Positions 1 through 14,394 of a stretch of DNA of 64,000 bases are shown piece by piece. A model generated the notes under the pieces. The model made no database searches and was not told the DNA's origin. It was given only the letters and a program-made list of their open reading frames with translations. Position 1 is the first letter of the stretch. Each line of letters opens with the position of its first letter. A program made the translations under genes and the position numbers. The DNA comes from Spironucleus salmonicida (taxonomy: Eukaryota), in assembly GCF_000497125.1 (NCBI RefSeq), contig NC_090598.1:992001-1056000 (forward strand). Direction: 5' to 3'.

Positions 1-686
1 TCCTAAATAAATTTAGTAATGACAATTATAATAAATATAATAGAAATTAGTATGAGAAGTAAAGATTACGAGCCAAAAGATGAATGTACCATTTTCTTAA
101 CCTTAATATTGTACATATATAATTGCACATGGCTTTCAGTATGTAACATTAAATTATTTAAAACTAAAACTGCGATCTCGTACGTATTTAATCTTATTTT
201 TTTGATTTACAAACTTTGTTTTCTCTTGACGATACTGTTTTAATTTACTAATAACTCATAAAAACACCTTACGTTTGGTAAATGACTATATTATTCGATG
301 ATAATAATTGTAAAGATAAATTAAATCTGTACTCATCAGCAACTTTATATTTTAAAATGTTACCTAAATTTAACTAATGCTATTATATTCCATCCCACCA
401 TCTTATTTAAACTTTTCAGTAAACATGACTCGTTTGCTCTGAATAATCCAATTTATCTTTGAACAACCCAAATAATACTTATAGAAAATGAACTAGCCCT
501 ACTGAATACCCACTCATTTACCCCGATTCTATAAGTCAGCTATTCTGCACAGGATCATTCATCAAAACCCAAATTTCCAGTTTTTATAATTTTATATAAT
601 ATTAAAATATAATATTGATATTTACCATTTAAACTAATTCCATAAAACTATATTATAATTATTATACAATTATCATTATAAACCAA

Positions 687-1961
687 TCACGCCCATTTGT
701 AAATGCCGATGCCAAACGCCAAAATGATTATAGCAATCCCCACACCCATATAGATCGCGCAGGCGACCTGACCCCTAAGACTACCCTCTTTGCGGTATAC
801 CTTGCCCGCGAACAGCGCCGGGAAGATGAACCCCAGGCTCCCACCAGCGACGGTGCTCGTGAAATCCAAAACGGTGTCAACGGAGTGCACGAAGAGGCCA
901 ATAGCGAGCGAAACACCCACAATGCTACAGCTGATGATAACGCTCTTCCAGTACGCCACTTCTTTGACGTTCCAAATTAGACTTTCCATTCCTTTTCGCA
1001 TCGCGTAGACGGGGAGCGGAAAATGGCATATCATGAAGAAGAGGAGGCTCGAATTTGCAATTTCTGCGAGGATCGTGTGCGGCAGGTTCGAGAGGATGTC
1101 GGGCTGCGTGAGTTTCTCGAACGCGAAATACCCGAAAAAGCCCACCAGGAGGTACGTGCAGACGACCAAAAGCGACGTCGAGAATAGCACCTTGCACGCG
1201 TTTTTCTCGCGGTTTTAGAGTTCGCAGTACAGGTTCACGAAGTTGTACTGCGCCGAGTAGGCGTGGATCGAGAGCGAGAGCGCGAACAGCGACTTCAGAT
1301 TCACCTGGAAGGCCTGAACGTTGAGCGGCTGAATTTTGAGTTTTCTGAACAGAATAATCGCTAGAACGAGAGTTATGTAAAAGAACACAACAAGAATGGC
1401 GTAGGACACGAATTTGAGCATTTTAAGCTGTTTCAGGAAGCATAGCGGCAGGATCAGGAGCAGGGTTGCTCCTGTGGTAGCCAGGTTTCTGTAGAGTTCT
1501 TGGTCTTGACCAAAAAACCACATATTGTCTTTAATTACTACGACATAGCTGATTAGCGCTCCTTATATGAAAATAAGCTGCATAAGAACTGATATAATGC
1601 CTAAAATCTTGTTGTTGAAAAGTGCAAATGTTAGTTGGTTGAATTGGAATTTTTAGGTTGCATCGCATGCCTTTTTGAGCATAAAAAATGAAATTAGCGC
1701 TAAAACAGCAAAGGAAATAGAGATTAGTGGCCCCATAATATAACCGGCTACTGAAAAAATATACGGAATCGTAAGGACGCCGGATCCAAGCGTCGAGTTA
1801 ATAAAGTTGAAGATGCAGGCTGTGGGGGATTGTGATTTTGAGGGTTCTTGCATTTTTTCTAACTCTTTAGTTAGTTCGTCGATTTGCTCCATTTCAAGCG
1901 AATTTGATAGCATTGACTAGGCCGTTAGAATGGACCAGACACGTGAGCGCTATTCTGGCAT
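687..1961 (-). CDS. Amino acid transporter (Aa_trans / SLC38-AVT family), 424 aa
   Basis: Three standard-code ORF pieces (1653-1913, 1215-1523, 687-1190) are in one frame and join under code 6, from ATG 1961 to TGA 687. Motifs IFNFINSTLGSGVLTIPY, HAYSAQYN and GGSLGFIFPALF; many hydrophobic helices. Confidence 0.93.
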
Positions 1962-2276
1962 TTCTAGATTCGGTGAGAGAGTTTGGAATGTAAAAATATA
2001 TATTATCGTATATTATTAAATAATTAATAGAAACTGAAACAGTAAAATCACTAAAAGTATCAAATATATATATAATTATTATTATATAGAAGGAAAGAAA
2101 TGAATTGTTGATTTAACGAATTGTTAAAATAGAATATTAACTGCTTTATTAAATTATACGTTATAAACAAAAAATAATTATTGAAATAATATTAAAATAG
2201 GTTATCAAAGAATTAAAAATAACCTCTGGTAAAACTTATAGGTTTATTATTATATAATCATTATACTATTCTAAAA

Positions 2277-2690
2277 ATGGCTTCAAAATAAAATACTATG
2301 AATTTTGCATTCAACCTTGATACTAAATTTTCAAAGGTTGGATACTAGTTAACATAGTCTACTGATGATCAATATTTATCACAATATCCCATTCTTATCA
2401 CAACAAAACAGCAGTTAAACAAAATTAAAAGTGATGAGTTATAAAAATAATAATAGAGAAAGTAATCCTAGAAAGATTTAGAAGAGAGAAATAAAACTCA
2501 AACCTTTCACTACTCTGAAATAAATGATAAAGAGCTTTAAGAAATGGAGGTAACAATTTAAAACTTGAAATGCAAAGTTATTAAAACAAAAATGCGTAAA
2601 TTACCACAAGCAAGTACTATAATATTAAAAGGTGTGAAATAAACGAGAACGGTGAGCTTGGCTTGTTTAACAAAATTTAACCTAGAATGA
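2277..2690 (+). CDS. Hypothetical protein, 137 aa
   Basis: Code-6 ORF MASKQNTMNFAFNLDTKFSKVG...TKFNLE, preceded by an AT-rich leader; no recognisable domain. Confidence 0.55.
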
Positions 2691-3271
2691 AAGAAAGCTA
2701 TTAGCCAATATGAATATGTAGACCATAAAGGATTCATATTAAGTATTAAATATTGAATTATAATTAATTTATATCCTAGTTAAAATAGTGGATATGCTTA
2801 TTTAATTATTAACGTTTAATATGAAAAGAGTTAAAATGTAATTTTTAATGGATGACTATATTTTTTAATAATACATGATGATTATTGTAGATTAATATTT
2901 AGATTTACATAATTATTTTTGCTAGAGATTGATGGTAATTTCTCATATTTTTCGTAATGTTAGTATACGTATTTTCATTTTTACAATGATAAAAAATTTA
3001 AGAGTAACTAGTCATATTATTATTTTATTTAGTATACATCCGTTAAATAAGTATTATGCAAATATATTAGCATTCTATAATAGCTTAATCTAGTATCTAT
3101 GATTTGAAAAGAGAATTAAGCTTAGTCGAAAGACTTGTAGTATATTTATTAAAACTTATTGCTAATTATCATTATAGTAATAACTATTTAAATATTAACT
3201 TTACCTATTTCAAGTATTTAGTTACATTGTAATTCATAGGCACTTGATACTACAGAAAATTATTTAGAACA

Positions 3272-4720
3272 TCAAATCAAATTCTCATTCTCATCTTCTA
3301 CAACAACTCTAACCATACTTGGTTTGTACCCAATTTTATATTTTTCAGTCTCTGAGGCTCCAATCTTCAGCCATGCTAATAACCCATTAATAATCGATAA
3401 TGGAACAAAAAATAGGAAACATATTAGATATCCAAATTATTCAGCACTTTTACCTGTATAATACTTTGCAGTTAGTTATTAGATCATACTAAACATGTTC
3501 AAGGAAAGAGAATGTCCTATTGTTCTGCAAACAGTTGGCACTGCACTAAGATTAGAGTAGTGTTTAAAAGGAATAGAGAGTAATAGTAATGGATAAACGA
3601 CAGTATAAATAATTTAACAAAATACTTAAATACAACAATACAAGATATAAAATGTATTTTTATCATACTGAGTAAAAAATATACCAATTGATAATAAAAC
3701 TATTGAAATAGTTGAGGCTAAAATTATATGATAATTTAATACCTTAGTTTATATAATTGGGATGATTATTGAAATTATGAGACTAAAAGATGCAATTAGT
3801 GTAAAAATAAATGAAGACATAGTAGTTGGTTCGTGAATAAGTGCTGAATATTACGGTAGAATATAATTTAGAGCTGATAAAATAATATTATTGTTAAAAT
3901 CAACTATTATAATTTATAACAAAGGTTATACCGATATAGCACTAGGAATAAGTGGGTTTTATACTTTTTTTTCTGTAAAGATCAAAAGTAATGAGAATAC
4001 TACAAATAGAACGAAAATAGTTACTGCTATATAATAATACCCAATGGATATGAATGTGAAGGCTAAACATAATGCTCCAATACTTAGGATTATACAAAAT
4101 GACCCTAGAATATCTTACTGAATTTTTATTGGCGATGAATTATTTTAAAAAAAAAGTAGGCAAAAAAATCCGATAAGAGATAAACAAGCCATAACCAAAT
4201 AAGAATATTTGTAATATAAATATTAAATTATAGCTCCAGATATTATTGGAGTTATTAACGAAATTACTTGAGTGATAACAACAGATATCTAAATATAAGA
4301 TTTTTAATTTGTTTCCATAGGAAGGACTTTATACATCACATACCTACTCGCTGATATACCTGCAAAACCTACTCCTAATATCAGGCGTATTGATAACATT
4401 AACCAAAAAATTGATTTAGTCATAAAAAAAGTAATTTGTAATAGAAATATCAACATAGTAGAAATTTTAAATACCAATACATACCCTAATCTTTAGCAAA
4501 TTCTAGAAATTGGAATTACTGTAGCAGCAGTTAATAAAGTTGTAATTGATCCTAACCACTACACCGTTGATCTCGAAAGGTCTAATTCGTGCTAAATTCT
4601 AGGCAATGCAATATCTAATGTTTAAGAGTCTAAAAACGAGATACAAAATGTGATAGCAATTATTGGAAATGAGGTTTATATCTTACCCTATCCAGGTCTG
4701 AGTGATGCTGGGTATTTCAT
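3272..4720 (-). CDS. Major facilitator superfamily transporter, DHA2 (EmrB/QacA-like), 482 aa
   Basis: Code-6 translation gives FLDSQTLDIALPRIQHELDLSRSTVQW (DHA2 motif D1-like), RLILGVGFAG and EKKVQNPLIP. ATG 4720 and TGA 3272 are in frame. Confidence 0.88.
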
Positions 4721-4902
4721 TTATTATACGTAAACTTTATATAGTAAATCAGTATATTATAGTAGTGTTATTATACTTTTTTGTGTATCAATAATCTTTA
4801 CCCATATTTATTTCATATAAAACAAACCTATATTTACTAACAGAGCGCAATAACCCATCTATAAGTAAATTAAAAAACTTGTTAATCACCCCTTTAGCAA
4901 GC

Positions 4903-6165
4903 TCACAGCTTTTTCTCACCGCACTCCATGCAGAATTTTGCTGTCTATCCAGCGTAAGGTGTACCACATTCATGGCAAAACTTGGCCCCAGATGGGCTCA
5001 TAACTGAATTTTGCGGAGGTCTCGCGGCCGAATTCGACCCCAAAACTCCTCTTGGTGCTATTCCGCCTGCAACAGGTGCTTTTGGAGCAGCGGCTCCTCT
5101 AGATTGAGGTACCGCCGGTACCCTCTACTAGCTAGCTGTATTCGCAGCTAAACTCACCCTAGGCTACTTGGTTGCCTACCCCATTCCGACCTTAGCCCTA
5201 TCAGTGCTGCCACCAACGGGAGCATATTAAACGAAGTTTTCCAATCCTTTGCAGATAGTTTCGTGCTTTTCGATTCTGTCTTTTGCGAAACCTCTTCCAC
5301 ACCGCTTGCATGCAATTCTGCCGTCTGTCATTGCCTGGGCAGCGAACGGATCAACCGGCCGTTTTGGAGCAGTTTGTGGTTTCTTCACTGCGCCTTTAGC
5401 TCCGGAAAATTTGCTAGGGGCGGCGCCCATAGTGTCGTAACGGGCAGGATCGAATCCCGTGCGAGCCCATTCTGCATCAGTTTTATCCTTTTTATGGAAT
5501 TCATCAGGGCCTGGTGGAGGACCATGTCTGAGCTTATTGCAGATTTTCTCATGAGCAGCAATTCGATTCATTGCAAACTTCCTACCACAGCGGGAGCATC
5601 CCATTCGGTCGTCGTTGGAAGTGTCCTGTTGAGCATATTCTTCAACTTGTTGGCTAGCGCCTCTTTGTCCACCAATTGTACCAGAGTTAGTTTCAGGACG
5701 CCTTAAAGGGAGATCCTATGGGGCGTCGAGAGGACTTCCAATGCCTTTTTAGGTATCCATCATTGTACCAGCTTTTGCGACCATTTGACCAGGTTTAATT
5801 GTTCCACGTAGTTCCGCTTTCTTTATTGGCGCGTTAGCTTTTCGGATTGGGCCTTCCCCGTCACATTCATTGATGTGGTCTGCAAGAGCTATCGGAGGAT
5901 AGGCCCGTGTGCACTTAGGGCAAGGCTACCAGGTGGCCTAGAAGTGCTTTGACGCATGGTTATTGTAATTGATTAGCGATATTTTAGGGGGGACGGGCCA
6001 TTCTTCAATTTCAGGTGGATAGAGGAGCTGGATTCTGTAACTTTAGTAAAGTACGTCGACCATTTTAACAATTTTAAGTCTGCAGTTTTTTTCATGAGGA
6101 ACTATGTCATGTTTGAACCATTTTTTGCCACAAAATCTGCAGACTAGACCGTTCTATACGTTCAT
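4903..6165 (-). CDS. C2HC zinc-finger protein (ZC2HC1/FAM164-like), 420 aa
   Basis: Four CxxC...H-x3-C fingers (e.g. CSRCGRKFAMNRIAAHEKIC, CKRCGRGFAKDRIEKHETIC) plus a C-terminal KFCHECG...KFCMECG ribbon. C-rich motif just upstream of ATG 6165. Confidence 0.88.
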
Positions 6166-7041
6166 AAGATGAAGTGGAGTGATAAAAATTTATAAAATAT
6201 TATATATAATAGTTATAAATGTTTTGCAAAAAAACTGTTTTTAAAATATATAATATAAATATCTATATATAAAAGCAAATGTAAGAAAAGTTAATCAATA
6301 AGATTTGTTAATGAATAATTGCCTAAATAGACCTTTAATACTTTTGGCTATTAAAATTTGAGTTTTAAATGTCCTAAATGAATCTTGAAAGTATTATTAG
6401 GTTCAAAATATATTAAAGGTTACATCATAGTTATTAAATATCACTAATAACTACATATTTAGTAAAATTAAAAATAAATCTTTCAAATAGAAAAAATTGT
6501 TTAAATTTTTATAATTATATATAAAAATAATATTTAAGCATAGATTATAAAAATAAGCGTTAGAACAAATAACAAGAATATTTACCATCTATAATCATCT
6601 AGTATTATAAATAGTTTTATTAATATTAATATTGTTATACAACTATCTTCCTGCCTAAAAATGTCTTTTATTTATATTTAAAATTGTATAGTAATTTTAG
6701 AATAATGCATACTTAAATTAGCATATTTTCTAGTTGAAATATAATTAATAATAATTGTATAGTAACCTACTCAATCGTATATGATTTGCGATCATAGAAT
6801 AGTAAGTGGCTGAGAATATGATATATTAAACAAATTATTTTGGTTTTATATGTAATATCAAGATATAAATAGAATTCTTTCTACCAACAGTATAATAAAG
6901 TTAAAGTATATATATTTATATAGGTTATAAATAACAGGATGTTATACTATCTGGTTAATTTATGTCTACTGTAGTATATTCATTTTTAGTTTCGTAAATA
7001 AACATACCAAAAAATATTAATATTTTAATTAATTAAGTAAA

Positions 7042-8808
7042 ATGAATAGTAACATTTTAGCAGCTGACTTTGTTAGTAAATAAACATTATGGAGAAGTTT
7101 AGATTTAATTTATTTACACTAGTTATTAATATATATGTAAATAACTAACTAAAGAAAACAGACAATTATGTTTTTTAAAAGAATATTATTCTACCATAAA
7201 CTTATTTTATCCATTTAAAAGTATACAAGATTTAGATTAAATATAGTTGAATTTTACGGAAGATGATACAAGTGTTGATCTTCAGTAAGAATAGTTGATC
7301 AATAAATAGGAAATTTGTTAGACTTCAAAGGCTAAAAAAGATATAAGATACTTGAAAAATGGACAAATTTTTTAAGTATTAATTTACTAATCATTTAATA
7401 ACTTAATTGGGTTCATGATTACGACACTATATCTATTTGTAAACACTATATTTGTTGGATAATATCTTGGGGAGCCAGGGCTTGCATCTGCATCAGTTGG
7501 AAACCCATTTGAACTATTAATTTGTAATATAATAATCTAGTCCTTATCAGTTGGTGTTATATCATTAGTAGGTCCTGCATTAGGACAAAATAAATATAAC
7601 GAAGCTAGAAATTATGCAACTTAATTCTTTATGTTAGTTGTTATTTATAATATTATAGCACCAATTATTATTCTCCCATTAAAAGATTATATTACAGAGG
7701 ACTTGGAGCGACTACAGAACCAGTATTTACATATTTCTCTAATTATATGTGGATTATGTACTAAATTGGTATTCTGTCTTATAGCATTAATGTAGCTTTA
7801 CTTCCGTTGTTTCGATAAGAGAATAAGGTGAAAGAGGCAATGGTATGTTTAATTATTAGCTCTCTTCTTAATATCACTCTAGACGCATTATTTTTTAATA
7901 TCCTCATAGATAAACTTAAAATGTAGTGTGCAGCTATTTCAGTTGTTATATCCTAATTAGTAATAGATGTTTGGATTATATTTAATTTCTTTGGTGGGGT
8001 AAAATCTACTATCATTAAATTCGATAAGAAATATATAAAATTTAATAAATTCTTCCTAAAAACAACATTTAAATAGGCAGTGCCGGCAGCTTTCACTACT
8101 ATTCCAGTGATAATAGAGTAGACATTAACTAGTTACTAAATAGTAAGATATTCTGAAGATAAAACTACATAGAATCAGGCAATTTGGAGTATATTTTTGA
8201 GGCTTGTTTAACTAATGGTATAGCCAAGATTCGCTATATATTTTGGATTTTTAGCTATTTTATCATATAATTTATGATAGAGTTAGTTTAGGCGAGTTTA
8301 GAAATTGATCTAGTATGCTGATTGGATAACACTGGCATTTTTGTTTATTCTTTAGATAATAATTATTGGGTTGATGCCATATATAATAAAATTATTTGAT
8401 TCTGATTAAGAGTTCATTAATGAGGCTACTCCTACGCTTTGTATATGTTTCAGTGGTATGTTCCTATAAGGTTCGATATAATTTGTCTCAGGAGTTCTAT
8501 AAATGTAAAGAAAAGTATTTATGGCAACAGTTTTACAATTATTTAAACTAGCTATAGATCTAGTGGCTATATTTATAATACTAATTTACTTTGATATTAA
8601 GTGGATTTTTATAGCACCAAGTATAACAGAAATTGCTGGATTTTTGGTATCATAGATATTTACTTGGAAATAAACATTATACTTCAAATAATAAGCAGAT
8701 ATTTTAGAATATGATACTTTAAAAACAACAAATGTTTCAACATTTGCATTATAAATGGACCAATAAGGAAAGTCAACGCTAAAACCTTCTCCTCTTATTA
8801 AAGAATGA
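7042..8808 (+). pseudogene. MATE (MatE) multidrug efflux family pseudogene
   Basis: MATE motifs NTIFVGQYLGEPGLASASVGNP and SLVGPALG are in one frame; LNITLDALFF and the C-terminal half are in another (shift near 7690-7700). In-frame TGA at 8275-8277. The 5' end is uncertain. Confidence 0.75.
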
Positions 8809-9052
8809 ATATTTTTATATATGATATAATATTAAGGATTATAAATTTGTTTAGATGGTGATCACCTAGTGCATTTGAAATTCATATTACACAGAAAAAA
8901 ATTATAACATATCTATACTATTCAATTCATCTCTGAATTAAAAATTTCGTAAATAAATCCAGAACCAATACTAATATAAATCAATTAGACTATCTCCAAA
9001 CCAATAATTCTCCCTAACATCTATACTAGGGATATAAGTTAAATCTACTTCA

Positions 9053-9577
9053 TCACTAATACTATTTGGTAGATATACGTAGGCCATCCAATCGACTTTA
9101 GGAGCGTATCTAACGGAAGTCCTAAAGCGGTGAAAATGGTCGCATTCCATTTTGACTTTGAGGCGTTCCTGGATAGTTTCGCCTATTTCTTGCATGCAAA
9201 TGCAGTTATCTGTGTCTGGAAACCAACCCATCTAGTGCATCTTCGATATCCAGGACGTCAAAACTAGGCTTGAATGCAGCTATTTTAACCTTATGTGAAA
9301 CGTTCATAATGCTGCTATGCTTAGAGTTTATCATAGATTTTGTCGGGTTGGATTCAATAAAATTTTATCCAAAATGGTCTTAGTAGCATAGTTTCGGGTA
9401 TGAAGAGAGGTCATCAGGCTTCTTATTAAGGCGCTTCCCACATCCATACTAAATAAATTTTCTGTCCTAGTTGAATGCTGACTAAAGAATATCCTTTGTC
9501 TACGGTATTTGCTTGTATGTGGCCAGAAGAGCTGGTGTTGGCAGAATATGATCTGTTTTTCTCTACATTTTAATCAT
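9053..9577 (-). CDS. Hypothetical protein, 174 aa
   Basis: Code-6 ORF MIKMQRKTDHILPTPALL...RISTKQYQ ending TAG TGA (AGTGA signal); CCACTCC about 40 nt upstream. Confidence 0.65.
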
Positions 9578-9607
9578 ATTATATATTACAATATAATAAT
9601 GGCAAAC

Positions 9608-10186
9608 TCAAAAAAGGAGTGGTAAAATTAATTTATATGAATTTGATATCGTAATATATCGAAATTTTGTTTTCTCCCCAGTGTCAATATTAAATATAGC
9701 ACGACCGAAAATAATTTGAGAAAATACAAAATAGCCGAAGCCCAGCACCCCTAACAATATCAACAAGAGCCCTGCAATAAGTTTTAGACAAGTCAAAAAC
9801 CCAACATCAATTCCAATATCAATTTTACTTCCAAATCCATCCCAAAAAAAGATCTAAAGGCCGCCTTCAATTATACTAAAAATAAAAAATTTTGCAAAAA
9901 AAATAAAATTCTCTGCTCCAATGCAAACACCAAGGATGCTGCAGTGATGATCGAAACCTGAAATACATGTTTTACAGCGGCGGCAGTGATGTGTGAAAGG
10001 GTGGGCTTTGGAGCGCTCGCAGAATTTGCAGGTTAAAATTCTATTTTTCTAGGGATAGTTTTTCGGAGCAGATATAAAAATTGCTAAAAATGCCGTTAGA
10101 AGGTTTAAAAATATGAAAATATGAAGGAGTTAAACTGTTGTAGGGGCAAAAAACGGAGTTAGAATAATAAAAAATAAGCCGTACAT
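9608..10186 (-). CDS. DHHC-type palmitoyl S-acyltransferase, 192 aa
   Basis: CKFCERSKAHPFTHHCRRCKTCISGFDHHCSILGVCIGAENF cysteine-rich DHHC domain flanked by hydrophobic segments. Confidence 0.92.
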
Positions 10187-10404
10187 TAAGAGACTAATTA
10201 GTATCAATATATAATAATATGCCTATATTGTAAATATAAGTTAAAATAGAAATGAGAAATATAAGACTCTCTATATAATAATAAATGAAATTAAAATAAG
10301 CCTTAAAAATATATACAATATAAACTTCATATTATATTATTAAGAATAATAGTATAATATTTATATAATAATACGGTTCCTCATTGTTTTCTTTTCCAGT
10401 TTAA

Positions 10405-10734
10405 ATGGGAAGGTCGCATCATAGAGATACAAAAATCAAGAAAAGTTCAGTATTTAAGAAAAATGGTGTTGATAATAACACTGATAAATCGAGGAAAAAG
10501 CAAAAGCGAATTTAGGATCCTGAAAAATTCAGAACCGTAGATCAGCTGACAAAGAAATTTGATGCTTAAATTCAGGCCTTAGAGGTCGTCATGGAGGCCG
10601 AAAAGGCCATCAAAAATTCAAAAAAGTTGAAACTGGTAATATAATAAATTCAATAACTCGAATTAGTAAAATCGCAAAAGTTAAGATTAGCACGTGATAA
10701 GGAATGGTAGAAGACGTAGCAAATACAGAAGTGA
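10405..10734 (+). CDS. Small Lys-rich hypothetical protein, 109 aa
   Basis: Code-6 ORF MGRSHHRDTKIKKSSVFKK...QQIQK ending AAG TGA (AGTGA); convergent with RPS7, 19 nt apart. Confidence 0.65.
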
Positions 10735-10753
10735 GATTTGTAAATTAATCAGA

Positions 10754-11275
10754 TCAAACATAGATGATGTCAACGCAACGCTTGGTAACCTTACGGATTA
10801 TCTGTTCACAAACATTGGCACGCATGGTGAAAAGTTCCTTCTTGTCTTGAGCAATAACGAGCTTCTGGCTCTGCTTACCGGCGTGGAAAAGAGTACGACG
10901 GCCCTGGATGATAGTAGGGTAGCAAAGATCGTCTTCCATACATTCGTTAACATACTTGATAGATTTGTGGAAATCCTTGTTACCACGCTTACCGGCGGTA
11001 GCACGGGCGGCAACAATGTGCATCTAGCAGCCCTGGAATTGCTTCTCTAGAGCATTAATGAGTTCGGGATCAGCATGGAAAAGGGTGATTTCGTCAGCGG
11101 GAACAAAAACAACGGCGGCCTTCTTGGAGCCGGTGACCTCGATTTCTTCAGCACGAACGGTGTGGAGGGTGGAGAGGCTAACATTGATACTCTTGGTATC
11201 ATTGATCTTCTTGAAAGCTGCGATGACAGACTTTTCAAAGGCGGTTTGCTTTTCGATAGGGGAGGAGTACTGCAT
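10754..11275 (-). CDS. RPS7: 40S ribosomal protein S7 (eS7), 173 aa
   Basis: AEEIEVTGSKKAAVVFVP, LINALEKQF..MHIVAAR and DDLCYPTIIQGRR resemble eS7. Two standard-code ORFs joined by one TAG=Gln; CCACTCC 6 nt before the ATG. Confidence 0.88.
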
Positions 11276-11281
11276 GACAAA

Positions 11282-11288
11282 GGAGTGG
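11282..11288 (-). promoter_or_regulatory. C-rich upstream element CCACTCC (example at RPS7)
   Basis: CTCCAC/CCACTCC-like words recur within about 40 nt upstream of the ATGs at 6165, 9577, 16505, 28858, 33013, 43333, 54356, 55315 and 56251. Confidence 0.6.
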
Positions 11289-11464
11289 TGCAAAGAAATT
11301 GATTTAACATTAAAATCAGGTTGTTGAATTTTGACCTCAAATTTGATTATATAACTAATTAATGTATAAATAGGTGGTAATTATAATAGATTCAATAAAA
11401 AGTTCGTTTTTATTAATATTTATTTTTAATTTACTTATATATTATATTAATATAAATATAAAAA

Positions 11465-14224
11465 ATGGACTCACATGCACGGATAATATAAGATTTAATA
11501 ACTGAACGTTTTGACTAATATTAGGAGATGATAGAGAATCGTCTCAAAACCCGTAAATTTTTCCTTATCAACGATCTCGATCTTCCGTGTAATCCTGAAA
11601 CTGACCATTTAGAAGGAAAATCGGTGCTGCCGATATTTTAAAATTTTTTCGGATAAAAAATTCTTATATAAGACTAGATTCTTAAAATTTTATAAAGTTA
11701 TTCAGATTAAACACATGCAAATTTGAAAGTTAACCTCTCAGACCACGTAAAAACAATAAATTTTTTAACTTCTAATTCTTTAAAATTAGAAGTAGAGAAT
11801 CAGAAATTGACATAATAAAATTCTAGTCTCAATAAAAAGCTGAACCGGCTCAATACAGAATTTACGAAACTTAAATCATAGAAAATAGAATAACTAAAAT
11901 AATATATGGCGGTTGGTTAAATGTATGTACCGGATGCTGAGAACAAAGAAGTAATGCAACCGTTCAAGCCTTCTACTTAACCAATCGGGAAGTCTGTTAT
12001 TAAGTGGGATAAAGGTACTGAAATTGGAGAAAATGTACATAACGTTGGAATTGCAGGAATATCGCCTACATAGCCTAAAAACTTAAACTTTTAGCAACAA
12101 AAAGATATGTAAGGATTCGAAAAAGACCTGTAAACTGAAGATATAGTAATGGAAAACATAAAATTATAAGAAGGTACTCAAAATATTAATAATTAATCAA
12201 TATTTTTACACTAATAATAACACATTAATTCTGACAATAAACCGAGTTCTGGGCTTATATTAGGTTAAACCTAAAATCAAACGCTAGATACCAATATGTT
12301 TACTTTAAAAAAGGCTTTAAAATTATTAGGAGTTGAAGGCATTTGTACAAATTTACAAGGATTTGTTGATTTAGTGTAAAGGCATATTAATAATTCGAAA
12401 ACTAAATTAGAAAATGATGTAACTACCCTTAAAAATAAGCAACAGTAATAATTCGATCAGATAGAAAGCTTGAAGAAATAGTTAAATAAGCAATAATTAC
12501 TAACAGAAAAAGCTAGCATTAACCTGAATTAGTTTGTTCGAGATTAAGCATTAGTAAATAATGAAGGGTCTTAGTCTCAATAGGTAGTAGATGAGTAGAA
12601 TATGGAAAGCCTTAGATAATAATAAAATTAAAATTAATCTACTATTCTTTCGTCAGATTAATAGATGTAATAAGGGATGTAATTTAAATTTTCACCAAAA
12701 AATATCTCTAAATCTAAGGCTAGCAGCAATCAATCGAATAATTCGTTAATAACCTCTTAATAGGACCAAGATGACATGTTTATGAAAGTTACTGCAGGTA
12801 AATAACCAAGAGATGTGAACTCATTAAAAAAATTGCCAAAGCACCGCTCAATAGGCGAAATTGAAACCAACTTCCTAGTACAAAACAACAAAGATAATTC
12901 AGAACATCCAAATCTGAGTAGTGGAGGCAAAATCTCACTTTAGGAAGAAAACAGTAACTCAACTATTCAACATGAGAAAAATTATTCTGGTGTTGAACAT
13001 ACTATGAACTTTAATAATATTAATATAAACGCTAATTTCTAGCACTAAAACACTGAAAAGGACACGAAACCGCGAAAACAGCTTGACAAGAAGTTCTCGT
13101 TCGCTATCACTGAACAATCGAAGCTGGCATTCTAGTTCAACGAGTCCGGTGAGTAGCCGTTATAACTCACTAGCGATTTCGACTTCAAAAATGAGAAGAA
13201 ATAGCTCTACAGAGACGTGAACGAGAATATTATGGAGCGTGATCTGGGAAATGGCCTGAAAACGCTCATTTTGAAGCATGGTGCTCAGAACCCTCAAAGT
13301 GGGCTCAGAAAGGAACCAACGGCGCTGAATTTACGATCCCCTGATAGGGAACGTCATGGAAGCAACCAGAGTATTCTAGGACAGCCACCACCTGGGCGAT
13401 GTGACCATGGCGTGTAGTGTTACGGCGACCTGTCCAAGGACCTGGTCAACTCGTGCGATTGTGAGAGGGCTTATAAGCCGCGATTGCGTGTTGTGAAGTA
13501 GAAAAGCGGTTTGGATTTAAGTTGCGAGGACCTGCTGCAGGCTGTGCAGATCAAGTGCAACAACGAGGAGGAAATTGCTATTAAAATGGCACCCCAAATA
13601 GTCGCAGAGGCCGAACCTGAGCAGGAGTGCGCATAATCGTTCGAAATTGTGACAAAAAGCTTCGGCAAAAAGCAGGAACTTGGGGCTGCTCTGGGCACGG
13701 TGGCAGCATAGAAGCCAGCTATGAACACGATTTTGCCTTAGGAATTTTCGATTAATATTTAGGCGCAAAATGGTACAGATGACATGGGCGCTTAGCCAGT
13801 TTCGAAGCAGCTGAATGTTCGAATCCCAGCAAAAACGATTTAGAGATAAAAACCTCAGCCAGCGAAATCGAAGGCGTCGCCGCGGTAATCGTTATAGTCG
13901 GAAGCTGAAAATATAGAGATTAACGAGCTAGACGTCGTTAGGAATATTTTAAATTCGAACAATTTCCAGGCACTGCAAGTAGCGGAGCTCTCGCAATCGA
14001 AGATAAAACCACCCCCAAAGTCTAATTGCCTGCCAGTCCGGTCTCGCCCGATTCCGAAAATACCGTAAAAAATTGAATTTGACGATTGTTTATATCAAGA
14101 TAAAGTATAAAAGATGAAGCTGGATATATAGCAAAAGTATGATACAACAGGCTATAACTACGATCGAAAGGACGGGGCAGATTTTATACATAGGTCAAAA
14201 TACCAAAAAGGGAACGTAAAGTGA
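11465..14224 (+). CDS. Hypothetical coiled-coil / Gln-rich protein, about 919 aa
   Basis: Long code-6 frame from ATG 11465 to AAG TGA 14224, containing standard ORF 13217-13417. Frame spot-checked, not read codon by codon. Confidence 0.75.
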
Positions 14225-14394
14225 ATATTTTTTGAATTTAATTGTATAATAATATTTTACTAATATAAAAATTTGGACATTGACGTAGTCATAAAAAATT
14301 AAAAAGTAATTTGCCGATAGAACTCTATAGGATGCATGACTATACGTAGTTCTAGCTAAATGCATGTTAAACAATGTGTAAAATACAAAATGAC

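Noticed and set aside
8275-8277. In-frame TGA as selenocysteine in the MATE gene
   Set aside because: The position corresponds to Gly, not a redox Cys, and the gene has a separate frameshift.
8971-9231. 86-aa ORF from the supplied track
   Set aside because: Overlaps the better supported code-6 ORF 9053-9577, which has the upstream motif and an AGTGA stop.
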